Shown here one piece after another: positions 9,880-19,270 of a DNA stretch of 64,000 nt. Position 1 is the first letter of the stretch; every line of letters starts with the position of its first letter. The DNA comes from a virus. Where the stretch lies: positions 10,273 to 74,272 of the IMG/VR virus record IMGVR_UViG_3300047494_000229; one strand, 5' to 3'. The notes beneath the pieces were generated by a model. The model saw nothing but the letters and a program-made list of their open reading frames with translations, was not told the origin of the DNA and did no database searches. Both the position numbers and the translations under genes were made by a program.

Positions 9880-11807
9880 GAATTTGACTCCCTGACCCTT
9901 AGCTCATTTACGCCATACCACCGTGCATCTGGGATTTCTTGCCACTGGATGCGGATTTCTTGTAAATCTGGATTGACACCTAAGACAATGCCGTGGAATT
10001 CATAAGCTTGTTTATTGATATCTGTATGAGCGATCGCCCCTTCAACTACCTTCCCTTCCTTCCAAGAATCCAACCAAGTTCGGGGATTGATGTACTTTTC
10101 TGTATCTGATGGAGGAATGGCTAGCCATTGTTCATCATTAAATACCAGTGATAATTCGCCCATCTTGACGTATTTGCAGCTTCTACCTCCTGATTGCCAG
10201 GATTGGGGCGTGAGTAGCCACGGGGAATCGTCATTAGGTATCAGGGATTGGTCAACGAAGTCAGAAGTCAGAGGGAAGAAGGAAGAAGGTCTTATTTCTT
10301 CTGACTTCTCGTGACCAAAGGGAGGAGGGGATTTAACCAAATTCATCCTTCTTCCTTCTTGGTCAAACTCTTTTTTGAGCAAAGTTATCAAGTTTCGCTC
10401 ATCCTGGGTAAGATTTATCCAGTAAGCTTTTTTAATCGCTTCATACTCAGAAGCGATCGCCCAAAACCCATTCCAATCACATCCACTCTGTAACTCTCGC
10501 CGAATATCACCAACAGCTTGGTGAACCATCTGATTTAACTCGACCTGGTAGGCGATCGCCTCCGGTGTCGGGTTGCATTTTAATAAGATGGCGGCGGCAG
10601 ATAACGCCTGTGTATCGTTAAGCGCTTTGGCTAAATTCCCCATAGCCAAAGCCATCAATCTCAGAGCCTCGGTCGCGTCAGACGGTGGGGCAGTGGCTAA
10701 CGCTCTGAGGTGCAATTCCGGCTCTAGATTCTCAACCATTCTGATAACTTCGGCGTTAACTGCTTTCTGCGCCTGCTTAGTAAGAGTATTGCCCCATTCC
10801 TGCACAGGGCGATTTTCTAGGGCCCGTTCTAGTTCTCCAATTCGTTGTTGCAATTGCTGGTTTTGAACTTCCAGTGTCCGCAATGATTCAAGCTCTTCAA
10901 TTTTTTGTTGAAGCTTGGCAACTTCCAGAGCTTTAGTAGAGGCGATCGCCTGGCTTGCTGCTAACTGTTCGTGGACTAGCTGTTGGGCCCTTTCCTCTGC
11001 CTCAGTCAGTAACCCGGCGCGAATATCAACCTCTAATCGCTGTATCTCCTCTTTGTGCTGGAGTTGGAGTTGGGCGATCGCTTCTTCATATTCTTTGGGA
11101 TATTTGCGCGGGGTAAATGGAGTACTGGAGGCATCTAAATCACTGATAGCAAACAACTCACTTTGTTCACTATCAGGAAAAACTATAAATAGATGTGTGT
11201 GGTTTGGGGGATCTCCGCTCACTATGCCAGCCTGCCCCTCTCTTGGATGTCCTTGTAATGAAATCTTGACTTCTGCTCCCGTCAGGAACAATTGTTCCTG
11301 AGATTTCTGAGATTTTGTTCTTTTGGGTAGGGGGACAACTTTCTCAGCAGCTTCTTTAAAGTCTTTGGCTGTAGGGTTAGGATTACTTTCCGAGGCAAGA
11401 CGCTCCCGTTCGGTCGCTAACGCTACCGCTATCGCCACCGTCTCTTGTAATTTTTCAGGAGATTTGACGAGCCTTAGTAGTGGCCTAGCGTGACTTTCTC
11501 TACTTACGACCCCATCAAGCTCAGTCCCTCGAAGAACCTCAGCCACCAGTCCAAAACCTAATAACTGATTGACTCGGCGATATCCGCCCCACTGAAATAA
11601 TTCTTTGTTGCAAAACTCCTCAAAAGTTTTGTATCCACCTTCCGTAAAGAGGCGATTGTCCCGCATCTTGCGGAGTTCCTCAGATAACTGTATCTCGAAT
11701 CGATCAATGGAAGTAAACGATTCTTTAATGACCTCTAACGCATACCGAAAAGCTGACTGCTGGGATGAAATTTGAGGATTGAAATCAACGACGTTTGCGT
11801 AAACCAT
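9876..11807 (-). CDS. Large DNA-binding/coiled-coil protein
   Basis: N-terminal GYKTFEEFC...ESHARPL helical domain typical of cyanobacterial mobile elements; KOW-like segment; long coiled coil. Confidence 0.6.
   Translation of the reverse strand: MVYANVVDFNPQISSQQSAFRYALEVIKESFTSIDRFEIQLSEELRKMRDNRLFTEGGYKTFEEFCNKELFQWGGYRRVNQLLGFGLVAEVLRGTELDGVVSRESHARPLLRLVKSPEKLQETVAIAVALATERERLASESNPNPTAKDFKEAAEKVVPLPKRTKSQKSQEQLFLTGAEVKISLQGHPREGQAGIVSGDPPNHTHLFIVFPDSEQSELFAISDLDASSTPFTPRKYPKEYEEAIAQLQLQHKEEIQRLEVDIRAGLLTEAEERAQQLVHEQLAASQAIASTKALEVAKLQQKIEELESLRTLEVQNQQLQQRIGELERALENRPVQEWGNTLTKQAQKAVNAEVIRMVENLEPELHLRALATAPPSDATEALRLMALAMGNLAKALNDTQALSAAAILLKCNPTPEAIAYQVELNQMVHQAVGDIRRELQSGCDWNGFWAIASEYEAIKKAYWINLTQDERNLITLLKKEFDQEGRRMNLVKSPPPFGHEKSEEIRPSSFFPLTSDFVDQSLIPNDDSPWLLTPQSWQSGGRSCKYVKMGELSLVFNDEQWLAIPPSDTEKYINPRTWLDSWKEGKVVEGAIAHTDINKQAYEFHGIVLGVNPDLQEIRIQWQEIPDARWYGVNELRVRESNS
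10248..10366. repeat. 111-bp STRR-type mini-element inserted in frame, flanked by TTGGTCAA direct repeats
   Basis: GGAAGAA/CCTTCTT heptamer arms; TTGGTCAA at 10248 and 10359. Confidence 0.65.
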
Positions 11808-11843
11808 ATAATAGTTGTGATATATGAAATTAGTAAAAGCACA

Positions 11844-12047
11844 TCAGTTATTTGCTGATGTGCTTATTTTTTCGTTATCTTCTCCAGTAATAGATAACTC
11901 CATCAATAAGTGCGAAGCTATCCCAAGATGCAAAAGACTTTCTAGCATGGCATTTCTAGTTACGCCTTGCTGCTGGGCCAAAGTCCCTACGTATTGCTGT
12001 AGGTATTCAGATAGACGAACCCTTGGTTTGTCGCGTATCCTCTCCAT
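11844..12047 (-). CDS. Ribbon-helix-helix-like regulator
   Basis: PRVRLSEYL...LAQQQGVTRNAMLESLL. Confidence 0.55.
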   Translation of the reverse strand: MERIRDKPRVRLSEYLQQYVGTLAQQQGVTRNAMLESLLHLGIASHLLMELSITGEDNEKISTSANN

Positions 12048-12269
12048 ATTGTGGCATCAAGAAGCGGGATGCCAAAATCATATCACAGTCAAAGTGCCTT
12101 TTGTAAAAAAAAGTGTGGGACACAGTAGCGCATTGTTTATATTGCCTGTATAGTTGATTCTGTCTATTACGCAGCACGATGCGAATTACAAGTGTGTCCC
12201 TCACTCTGTCGGACTTTTTCCCATCTTTGATTCTAAGCTGCCGATTTGTGATTACAGCGAGGCAAATTT

Positions 12270-12866
12270 ATGCGGCCTAAGCTTTGGACAAAGGCGGGAC
12301 TGTCTAATCTTGGACAATTGATTAGACTTTGTAGAAAATCTCGAAAACTATCCTCGGAAGATGCTGCTGCATTTATTTATAGTGAGACGGGGGAAGCGAT
12401 CGCTTCACGGACTTTATTAAGTATTGAAACTGCGACTGGCAAGCCTGAATATAATACCTTGGCAATCATTGCAGCGGCTGGCTTTGTTAAAAAGAACGGT
12501 AAAGTACTGGATATTTGGGACTTTATAAATATCGCTTCTGAGTCTGAATCTGAACCTAATACAGGTGTATTACCCGAACTAATCTACGCTTATTTGGAGA
12601 AAAATAACCTTGATTTTGAAGGGTTCTCCAGAATTTGTGGCGTGACTGCTGAGGATTTGAGGGCGATCGCCTCCGGAAATCAAACTCAAGATTACGAAGG
12701 AGATTTGATTCTACTTTCAGGATATTTGGATAACCCCGTAACCGGACAGAAATTTAGTAACCACCCGGAATTGATGGAGTATTGTTTTGGGAAGAAAGAT
12801 GCCAAAAATAAAGAAGCGATATCAGACCAAGACTTCCCGCTCAATAGTTTTCACAATTCGGGCTGA
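12270..12866 (+). CDS. XRE-type HTH regulator, probably two HTH units
   Basis: LGQLIRLCRKSRKLS...TLLSIE...KPEYNTL; second unit FSRICGVTAEDLRAI. Confidence 0.7.
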   Translation: MRPKLWTKAGLSNLGQLIRLCRKSRKLSSEDAAAFIYSETGEAIASRTLLSIETATGKPEYNTLAIIAAAGFVKKNGKVLDIWDFINIASESESEPNTGVLPELIYAYLEKNNLDFEGFSRICGVTAEDLRAIASGNQTQDYEGDLILLSGYLDNPVTGQKFSNHPELMEYCFGKKDAKNKEAISDQDFPLNSFHNSG

Positions 12867-13454
12867 CTCCCCATGCCACTTGATTACACGCGCATCTACT
12901 GTTAACTTAACGGGCCGCCCATCAAATAATTTTGCCGTATAAGAATAGTTGCGTAGTTCTGAATCTTTTAGAAGCCTTGAGATATAAGTTTCAAGCTCAT
13001 CTTCGTACCAATAATCTGACATCTTCTTGCCCAACCAATCATTTGGTTTAGCGCTGCTGGAATACATAATCCTCTCATTAGAAAATAGCCCTTTGTGGTC
13101 AGACATCCTGACAATGCCGCAGGAGCCTTTGTGGGAAAGGCATTCTTGAATGAGGTTGCTGAATTCGTTCGGAGTAATAATTTTATCCATCAAAATACTT
13201 TTTTGCGATTCTTCGATAATATTAAAGCAAACTTTTGCTTCATCGCCCTTAATCAATATTGTTACCCATTTGACATAAAGAATATCCTCTTTTGAGATGA
13301 AGCTCACAGCCTGATGGATGTTTTTTCTGTTTTGAATTAAAAAGCTCCTATCGTTATCGTGATAACACATAATGAAGATGTGATCTAAGGAAACCAATAT
13401 CTTGCATCTGTGAAGAATTAAATCGACCAGTTCGTTGATATTAATAATAGGCAT
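12822..13454 (-). CDS. PAS-like domain protein
   Basis: C-terminal LFSNE...DWLGKKMSDYW...LRNYSYTAKLFDGRPVKLTVDARVI. Confidence 0.55.
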   Translation of the reverse strand: MPIININELVDLILHRCKILVSLDHIFIMCYHDNDRSFLIQNRKNIHQAVSFISKEDILYVKWVTILIKGDEAKVCFNIIEESQKSILMDKIITPNEFSNLIQECLSHKGSCGIVRMSDHKGLFSNERIMYSSSAKPNDWLGKKMSDYWYEDELETYISRLLKDSELRNYSYTAKLFDGRPVKLTVDARVIKWHGESARIVKTIEREVLV

Positions 13455-13854
13455 TTAATAAAAATATCTTAGGTTGCCGCAGGGATCTTGAATATTGTAG
13501 TTTAAAATTACACAATTTTAAGTCGCGGCTATTTTTGTTAATCAGCAACCGCATAATTTCAATCTTAAAGCATAAAACGTTTGCCAGTAAAGAATTACAG
13601 CCGCCTACTTCTTCTGCATAGTTTTGTTTATTAGTGCTAAACAATAAATAAAAATTAATTAATCAATAGTAATTTCAAGGAGCAATATAGTCTTTGAAAA
13701 TACAAATTGTCTTGCAAAACAAAAACTTATGTAATCGTTGTTACTTGCTGTTTAATATCTGTTTAATTCGCTCATCTCAGTAAATAGGATAAGTGCGATG
13801 CCGAAAACCTGACTGTCACTAATCCTATCCGTGTGATTTTAAAAATATATTAAT

Positions 13855-13902
13855 TTTTTGACTGCTATTTAATTCACTCTTGAATTAAATAGCAGTCAAA
13901 AA
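13855..13902. promoter_or_regulatory. Perfect inverted repeat with 22-bp arms and 4-nt loop upstream of the repressor
   Basis: TTTTTGACTGCTATTTAATTCA-CTCT-TGAATTAAATAGCAGTCAAAAA. Confidence 0.6.
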
Positions 13903-13949
13903 GACTACATTAAGTTTAAGTAAATCTGCCTTTTTAGTACAACAATGGA

Positions 13950-14303
13950 ATGTTGCAAGAAATTCTCTTTTTGGTGATGGTGGACGATGGGGCGCGGGAG
14001 CGGTTAATGGAATTGATTAAAAAAGTGAAGGGCGATCGCGACCAGAGGAAGTTTGCCAAGGATACAGGGGTAAGTCTTGGTGCAGTTCAAGGCTGGCTAA
14101 AAGGAAAAATCCCGCGCTCTGACAATTTACAGAAAATTGCCATAGCTGCGGGGATGAGCGTAGATGAGCTTTTAGCCGAGGTGAGGGGAGAAGGAGTGGC
14201 ACGTACTCCCAAAGTGGCTGAAGAAGTTTTGCAGGCGGCCCTGCAACTTGACGAGGAGGAACAGAGGCGGTTGATTAAGTTATTGGTGAATCGGGTGCTT
14301 TAG
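13950..14303 (+). CDS. XRE/CI-like HTH repressor
   Basis: QRKFAKDTGVSLGAVQGWLKGKIPRSDNLQKIA. Confidence 0.85.
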   Translation: MLQEILFLVMVDDGARERLMELIKKVKGDRDQRKFAKDTGVSLGAVQGWLKGKIPRSDNLQKIAIAAGMSVDELLAEVRGEGVARTPKVAEEVLQAALQLDEEEQRRLIKLLVNRVL

Positions 14304-14327
14304 TTTAGTGGGAGAGGCGATCGCTCC

Positions 14328-14402
14328 CAGGAACAATTGTTCCTGACGAAAGAATAAGGGTTTCAGCAATATTTCAAGAACAATTGTTCTTGAAATATTG
14401 CT
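14328..14402. repeat. Paired GAACAATTGTTC palindromes; the second is part of a perfect 38-bp palindrome (14365-14402)
   Basis: CAGGAACAATTGTTCCTG and AGCAATATTTCAAGAACAATTGTTCTTGAAATATTGCT. Confidence 0.75.
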
Positions 14403-14451
14403 TGTACTTACAAATAACATATTTGTATTTACATGGGTATGCACAAAAGTT

Positions 14452-14478
14452 AACCCGCCTCATTAGGGGCGGGTTTTC
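14452..14478. terminator. Probable intrinsic terminator between convergent genes
   Basis: AACCCGCCT-CATTA-GGGGCGGGTT stem followed by T run. Confidence 0.55.
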
Positions 14479-14538
14479 CTTTGTTAAGCAGGTTTAGTAA
14501 TTCAGTATGGGTTTGCCTGAGAGATTCGTTTTCCTCTC

Positions 14539-14811
14539 TCAGGCGGCTAATTCCCCCAATAGTTGAATATTTTCGCCTCCCAGTTTTTCTTTAACCACAG
14601 CCAAATCTCCTTCAACAACCGCTAGGCGTTTAGACATTTCTAATATTTCTGAGTCTGAATCTTTTGATTCTCCCTCAGAGTGCAAATATTCATTGATGAA
14701 CTGCTTTAGTACGCCAGTGATTGTCTTGCCCTCTAATTTTAAGCGATCGCCGAATGCCTCCCTGATTTCTGGATCGATCTCAAAAGTTATAAAAGTCCGT
14801 TGTTTGGACAT
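14539..14811 (-). CDS. CopG/RHH-like regulator with coiled coil
   Basis: FITFEIDPEIREAF...GKTITGVLKQFINEYL. Confidence 0.65.
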   Translation of the reverse strand: MSKQRTFITFEIDPEIREAFGDRLKLEGKTITGVLKQFINEYLHSEGESKDSDSEILEMSKRLAVVEGDLAVVKEKLGGENIQLLGELAA

Positions 14812-14877
14812 AGGTTTAGGTTTTTATCGCTTTACATCATTAATCTATCTTTTATTGCTGTACATCGCAATACCGTA

Positions 14878-14906
14878 TTGACAGTGTACAGTAAATTATG
14901 TACAGT
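14878..14906 (+). promoter_or_regulatory. Sigma70-type promoter of the rightward accessory operon
   Basis: TTGACA-17 nt-TACAGT. Confidence 0.6.
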
Positions 14907-14945
14907 AGATACATACACCAAAAGGGTGATCGCCCCACAAAAGCC

Positions 14946-15146
14946 ATGACACAAGTAATTAATCAAGAAACCGTTGAACTTTTAGCTTTTGAAGAAAATC
15001 TGCAACTGAGCAATGGATGCTCAGAGTATCTATTACAAACTGGCGCAAAGCTATACCCGCGCCAGGGAATTAAACCTTGGCGAATTGTAGGGTATACCGC
15101 TACAGATGTTCGGTATTACATTGATCGCTATGAGTTGGATGCCTAG
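14946..15146 (+). CDS. Small hypothetical early protein
   Basis: First ATG after the promoter. Confidence 0.45.
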   Translation: MTQVINQETVELLAFEENLQLSNGCSEYLLQTGAKLYPRQGIKPWRIVGYTATDVRYYIDRYELDA

Positions 15147-15273
15147 CAGTGGTCTTTTGAGTGGGTTACTCTCACTCAATTGACAACTCTTTGTTGTCAC
15201 ACCTATCAAAAGAGCGATCGCCCCCTGCCAAGAGTAGCGATCGCTCTTTAAACACCACAACGGGTACTTAAAC

Positions 15274-16683
15274 ATGACATATCCAGCTTACACCCGCATT
15301 CAGTTAGAGTCCAAGAAATTAGTTGAGTTGAAGGCGATCGCCCTGCAACTCCATGCCGCTCCACTTAGCAATAAGCGCGTTACTGGCAATTGGGTAGAGG
15401 CAATTCTTGCCGCTCAACCTCAGCAAGTAAAGATGGCTGAGGTTGAGCAAGCTGATGATTACTTGTTCCACGATGACCCTCAACCAGTTAACTTACCTGA
15501 AGTTGGAGATTCACACTTCATAGGCGATTACCTACTGCGCTGCATTCAGGTTGGTGGCGAGTACGTCACAGTATGGGATGTTCTACTAAATGCAAGTCTT
15601 TCGATGGGCGAAATTCGCATGGGCTGGGATTGCCTCTGGAGCCATACATTGACCCTTGCTACATTCGCTACGCCACAAGAAGCGGTTGTTGATTTGCATG
15701 AATCAGCATTGGAATTTGCAAATTCCAATGCTCCATATGATCAAAATTTAGAAGAAGAATGTTTTTCTGAGTATCCTGATCTTGCAAACGAACGAGAAAA
15801 CGCAATGACGAAAATTATTTACCATCAAACAAAGCCAGGAACAGACTGCCCAGATGGCATCGCCTCAGCTTGGGTGTGTCATAAAGCTTTTCTAGATGCC
15901 GATATCGAAGGGTGTGTGCATCAGGGTGAGCTACCTGATGTTAGCGGGTATGATCGCCTAGTAATTGTTGATTTTTCTTTCTCTGCCCAAATTTTGGAAG
16001 AGTGGGCAAAAACTAAAAAAGTGATCGTGATTGATCACCACAAAACAGCAATGAACGACTTATCTCAATTAAGCGATCACGTACTTCAAAAATTTGATAT
16101 GGGTGAGTGCGGGGCAACTTTAGCTTGGAAGTATTTCTTCCCGAATGAGCCAATCCCCTCATTTTTAAGTTACGTCAAAGACCGCGATTTGTGGAATTTT
16201 GATTTACCTTTTTCGGAGGAGATTCACGAGGCGATCGCCTCCCTCAAATATCAGGCATATGCTGATATTGACAAGCAAAAACGCACTTTTGCAATCTTTG
16301 ACATGATTGCGGATATGAGTGCAGAACAGTTACAAACGGTGTTTGCACCTTGGGGATATCAATTATTAAAGCCCAAGCGCGAACGGATCGCCGAATTAGC
16401 GGTATCTGCTAGCCAACAACTTTTAGATGGCCACAAAATCATAGTGGTGGAAGTGCCAGAAAAAGAAGGGCGACTCATCAGCGATTTGTGTAGTTATCTA
16501 TATAGAAATAATCCCGAATCTGCCTTTGTAGTGGCTTATTACTACTCGGAATCAGATATTAATTTGAGCTTCCGCAGCGACAAAAAAGGCAGCAATTTTG
16601 ATGTATCAGCGATCGCCAAAAGCCTGGGAGGCGGCGGACATCACAACGCAGCAGGTGCATTAGTCCAAGTATTGCCTTGGTAA
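15274..16683 (+). CDS. DHH/DHHA1 phosphoesterase (NrnB-like) with an unrelated ~177-aa N-terminal extension; possible internal start at 15805
   Basis: IIYH..CPDG, IVDFS, IDHH, DRDLW, SFRS, GGGGH motifs. Confidence 0.85.
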   Translation: MTYPAYTRIQLESKKLVELKAIALQLHAAPLSNKRVTGNWVEAILAAQPQQVKMAEVEQADDYLFHDDPQPVNLPEVGDSHFIGDYLLRCIQVGGEYVTVWDVLLNASLSMGEIRMGWDCLWSHTLTLATFATPQEAVVDLHESALEFANSNAPYDQNLEEECFSEYPDLANERENAMTKIIYHQTKPGTDCPDGIASAWVCHKAFLDADIEGCVHQGELPDVSGYDRLVIVDFSFSAQILEEWAKTKKVIVIDHHKTAMNDLSQLSDHVLQKFDMGECGATLAWKYFFPNEPIPSFLSYVKDRDLWNFDLPFSEEIHEAIASLKYQAYADIDKQKRTFAIFDMIADMSAEQLQTVFAPWGYQLLKPKRERIAELAVSASQQLLDGHKIIVVEVPEKEGRLISDLCSYLYRNNPESAFVVAYYYSESDINLSFRSDKKGSNFDVSAIAKSLGGGGHHNAAGALVQVLPW

Positions 16684-16775
16684 TGTCTTGGTAAAGTTCA
16701 GTGGCTGGGTGCGATCGCCATCAAAATCCGCACGCTTAAATTAACACAGGAAAAGGAAAAAACAAGGAAAAAACA

Positions 16776-17165
16776 ATGATCGTAAATTTGACACCTCACG
16801 CCATAAACATTTTGGCTAAAGAATCTTGCGTAAATTTAAAACAAGATCCCAAAACAAGGCAATGGGTTGCAGATGAAGCAACTCCAATTCGGACAATTGA
16901 AAGCTCTGGAGTTGCTAGAGTATCCGTTTCTAGTAGTTATGGGGAACCCCTAGAAGGGATTCCCACCCAAGTTCCAGTCTATGGGGAGATAGAAGGACTC
17001 CCCGATTATAAAGAGGGAACTTCATACATTGTTTCGCTGCTAACCGTTAGTGCAGCGAAAGCCGGAGAACGTACCACAGAAGACTTATTTACTCCTGGGG
17101 TAATAGTTAGGAGTGCTGCAAATCAGTCCCTAATTTTGGGGTGTTTTGATTTAAATCGGCAGTAG
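16776..17165 (+). CDS. Conserved phage protein with N-terminal NLTPH motif
   Basis: IVNLTPHAI...SGVARV...IEGLP...YIVS. Confidence 0.6.
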   Translation: MIVNLTPHAINILAKESCVNLKQDPKTRQWVADEATPIRTIESSGVARVSVSSSYGEPLEGIPTQVPVYGEIEGLPDYKEGTSYIVSLLTVSAAKAGERTTEDLFTPGVIVRSAANQSLILGCFDLNRQ

Positions 17166-17181
17166 AGAGTTCCAAAAATAG

Positions 17182-17784
17182 TTGAATCGCAAAGTGAGTA
17201 CTATGCGATTCAACACGATGACCACAGAAACGAAGATAACACCAATGGCAAAATTTACCGACACTCCAATACTTACCGATCGCTTCTCTCAAGCTCTAGT
17301 TTTTGCAAGCCAAGCGCATTCTCATCAAGTTCGTAAGGGTAATAGAGAAGTGCCTTACGTTTCTCACCTGTTGGCTGTAGCCTCTTTAGTTTTGGAATCT
17401 GGAGGGGATGAAGATGAGGCGATCGCCGCCCTACTCCACGATGCGATTGAAGATATCCAAATTCATCCTGCATTAATTGATCAGAAGTTTGGTTGTTTTG
17501 TTCTTGGGTTTGTCCAAGAACTAACCGAAGACAAGTCTTTGCCTAAGCCAGAACGCAAAGCCGCTTATGTTAAGTCAATTCTTTCAATGTCGGAATCGGC
17601 GCTGAGAATCAGTATCGCCGACAAGCTCCACAATATCCGATGCTACAGCATAAACCCTCAATTGTGGGGGCAAGAGCAACATGAATTTTATGGAGCCTTG
17701 CTCGACAATTACGAACAACGCGAACTCGAAGGCGTTGAAGAACAACTAGTTGAGATGAATTTGCTGTTTGAGCAATTATCTTGA
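17182..17784 (+). CDS. HD-domain (p)ppGpp hydrolase-like protein (small alarmone hydrolase/Mesh1 type)
   Basis: AH..QVRKG...PYVSH, AALLHDAIED, ADKLHN. Confidence 0.85.
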   Translation: MNRKVSTMRFNTMTTETKITPMAKFTDTPILTDRFSQALVFASQAHSHQVRKGNREVPYVSHLLAVASLVLESGGDEDEAIAALLHDAIEDIQIHPALIDQKFGCFVLGFVQELTEDKSLPKPERKAAYVKSILSMSESALRISIADKLHNIRCYSINPQLWGQEQHEFYGALLDNYEQRELEGVEEQLVEMNLLFEQLS

Positions 17785-17891
17785 ATCAAGTTTTAGACAA
17801 CTGCTCAATGTAGTTGATTACCTCACAAAATTAAGAGCGATCGCCTGCCCCGTCAAGAACGGCGATCGCTTGTCCACCCTATAAACAAAAA

Positions 17892-18113
17892 GTGAACACT
17901 ATGAAGTATACATCTCTAGCTACAGTTATTTTATTGGTTGTATCGTCAACACCAGTACTTGCTGATTACACACCTCCGAATAACGGTGGGCCCGATTGCA
18001 ATCCCTGCTTAGGGAGTGGTACGAGGTTTGTTGACAAGCCCAGTAAAACAGAAATGCACGAAATTGATTGCAAGCATCGTGGTTACGATCGCCGTAATTG
18101 CCCAAGTCTTTAG
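17892..18113 (+). CDS. Small secreted peptide
   Basis: Signal peptide ending PVLA, then YTPPNNGGP...GSGTR...HRGYDRR. Confidence 0.6.
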   Translation: MNTMKYTSLATVILLVVSSTPVLADYTPPNNGGPDCNPCLGSGTRFVDKPSKTEMHEIDCKHRGYDRRNCPSL

Positions 18114-18168
18114 GGAATAAGGCAGCCTAGATAAAATATATTGTAGGGGCGATCGCCCCTACTTTCTT

Positions 18169-18888
18169 ATGATCACAGAAAATATCAGAGACGAATTGCG
18201 GCGCATTCATGTTGAACTCAAAAAACCTTTCCCTGCGAACTTACACGAGTTCAGAGAGTTACCTGGCGGTAAAAAATGGGTATTTCTGCGATGGCAGACT
18301 ATCCGTGAAAGGTTGGATGAAGTTGCCCCAGAGTGGATATCTGATTATTCAGAAGTTCAGTATCTTAATAATGATGCCATTTGTCGATGCGGCATCACAA
18401 TATTAGGAATTCGGAAAGAGGCGATCGCTTCTGTTCCAATCTCAATTACTAGCAGTGGTGGTAAAGAAATGAGTCGCGGTAGTGCAGCCGATAGGCTAGC
18501 AGCGGAAGCATTGAAGAATACCGCAGAGGCTTGGGGCGTAGGGCGGTATCTAGACGATCAAGTTTTCACCATCCGTTACCTTTGGGATCGGATGCACGAA
18601 CTTGATGACGCGGCGTGTGGAGAGGTTCGCCGTCTTTCCGAGCAGTACAAACTTGGGATAAAAGCTGCTACTAAACCAGCTTCACTGGTTAAACCTCAAG
18701 CTCCCAGAATTGACCGAAATTCTCTGATGGCTCAAAGTGATTGCCTGATTGCTGGACTGTTATGGACTCCGGCTCAAGGCAAAGAATACCTTGAGAAAAA
18801 TTATGGGAAGGGGGGGCGATCGCTCCTAACTGATGCAGAATTATTAGATTTTATTGGCAAGCTTCAAAGGATGGGTGCTAGTGTCTAA
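18169..18888 (+). CDS. Rad52/Rad22-family single-strand annealing protein (Sak-like)
   Basis: LKKPF, ERLDEV.P.W, AEALKNTAEAWGVGRYL. Confidence 0.8.
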   Translation: MITENIRDELRRIHVELKKPFPANLHEFRELPGGKKWVFLRWQTIRERLDEVAPEWISDYSEVQYLNNDAICRCGITILGIRKEAIASVPISITSSGGKEMSRGSAADRLAAEALKNTAEAWGVGRYLDDQVFTIRYLWDRMHELDDAACGEVRRLSEQYKLGIKAATKPASLVKPQAPRIDRNSLMAQSDCLIAGLLWTPAQGKEYLEKNYGKGGRSLLTDAELLDFIGKLQRMGASV

Positions 18889-19147
18889 AATTATTCCATT
18901 TAGTAACGCTACTGATTATCAATGTTGGCTCTATGCCAACTGCGAAAAATGCAAAAAATACCACGAGGATTTAGACGAACACGGCTACTCAAAATGTGAA
19001 ATTGAAGGGGCGATCGTCTTGTCTAGTTGTGGAGAAGGTTTAACTGAAGAGATGGTTCAAAGAATGGGCGGCGTGCAGTCTGAGCAATGCCTACAAGATT
19101 ACAATTTTTTTTCAACGGAAGTGTACAGAATTAGAGCCAGTAAATAA
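18881..19147 (+). CDS. Small Cys-rich phage protein
   Basis: FSNATDY..W...NCEKC...CEI. Confidence 0.5.
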   Translation: MSKIIPFSNATDYQCWLYANCEKCKKYHEDLDEHGYSKCEIEGAIVLSSCGEGLTEEMVQRMGGVQSEQCLQDYNFFSTEVYRIRASK

Positions 19148-19270
19148 TGAGTGAAATTAACTTATTTGGAGTCGAAATAAGGACTAATAGAAAAGTCAAA
19201 ATTCTTTCTAAAAATAGCTTTCTGTATTTTGTTGCATACGTGAACGAACTCAATCAAGAAATTCACCCTA

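Noticed and set aside
14365-14402. 38-bp perfect palindrome as a protelomerase target
   Set aside because: No protelomerase is recognisable in the window and the core recurs five more times; not fully excluded
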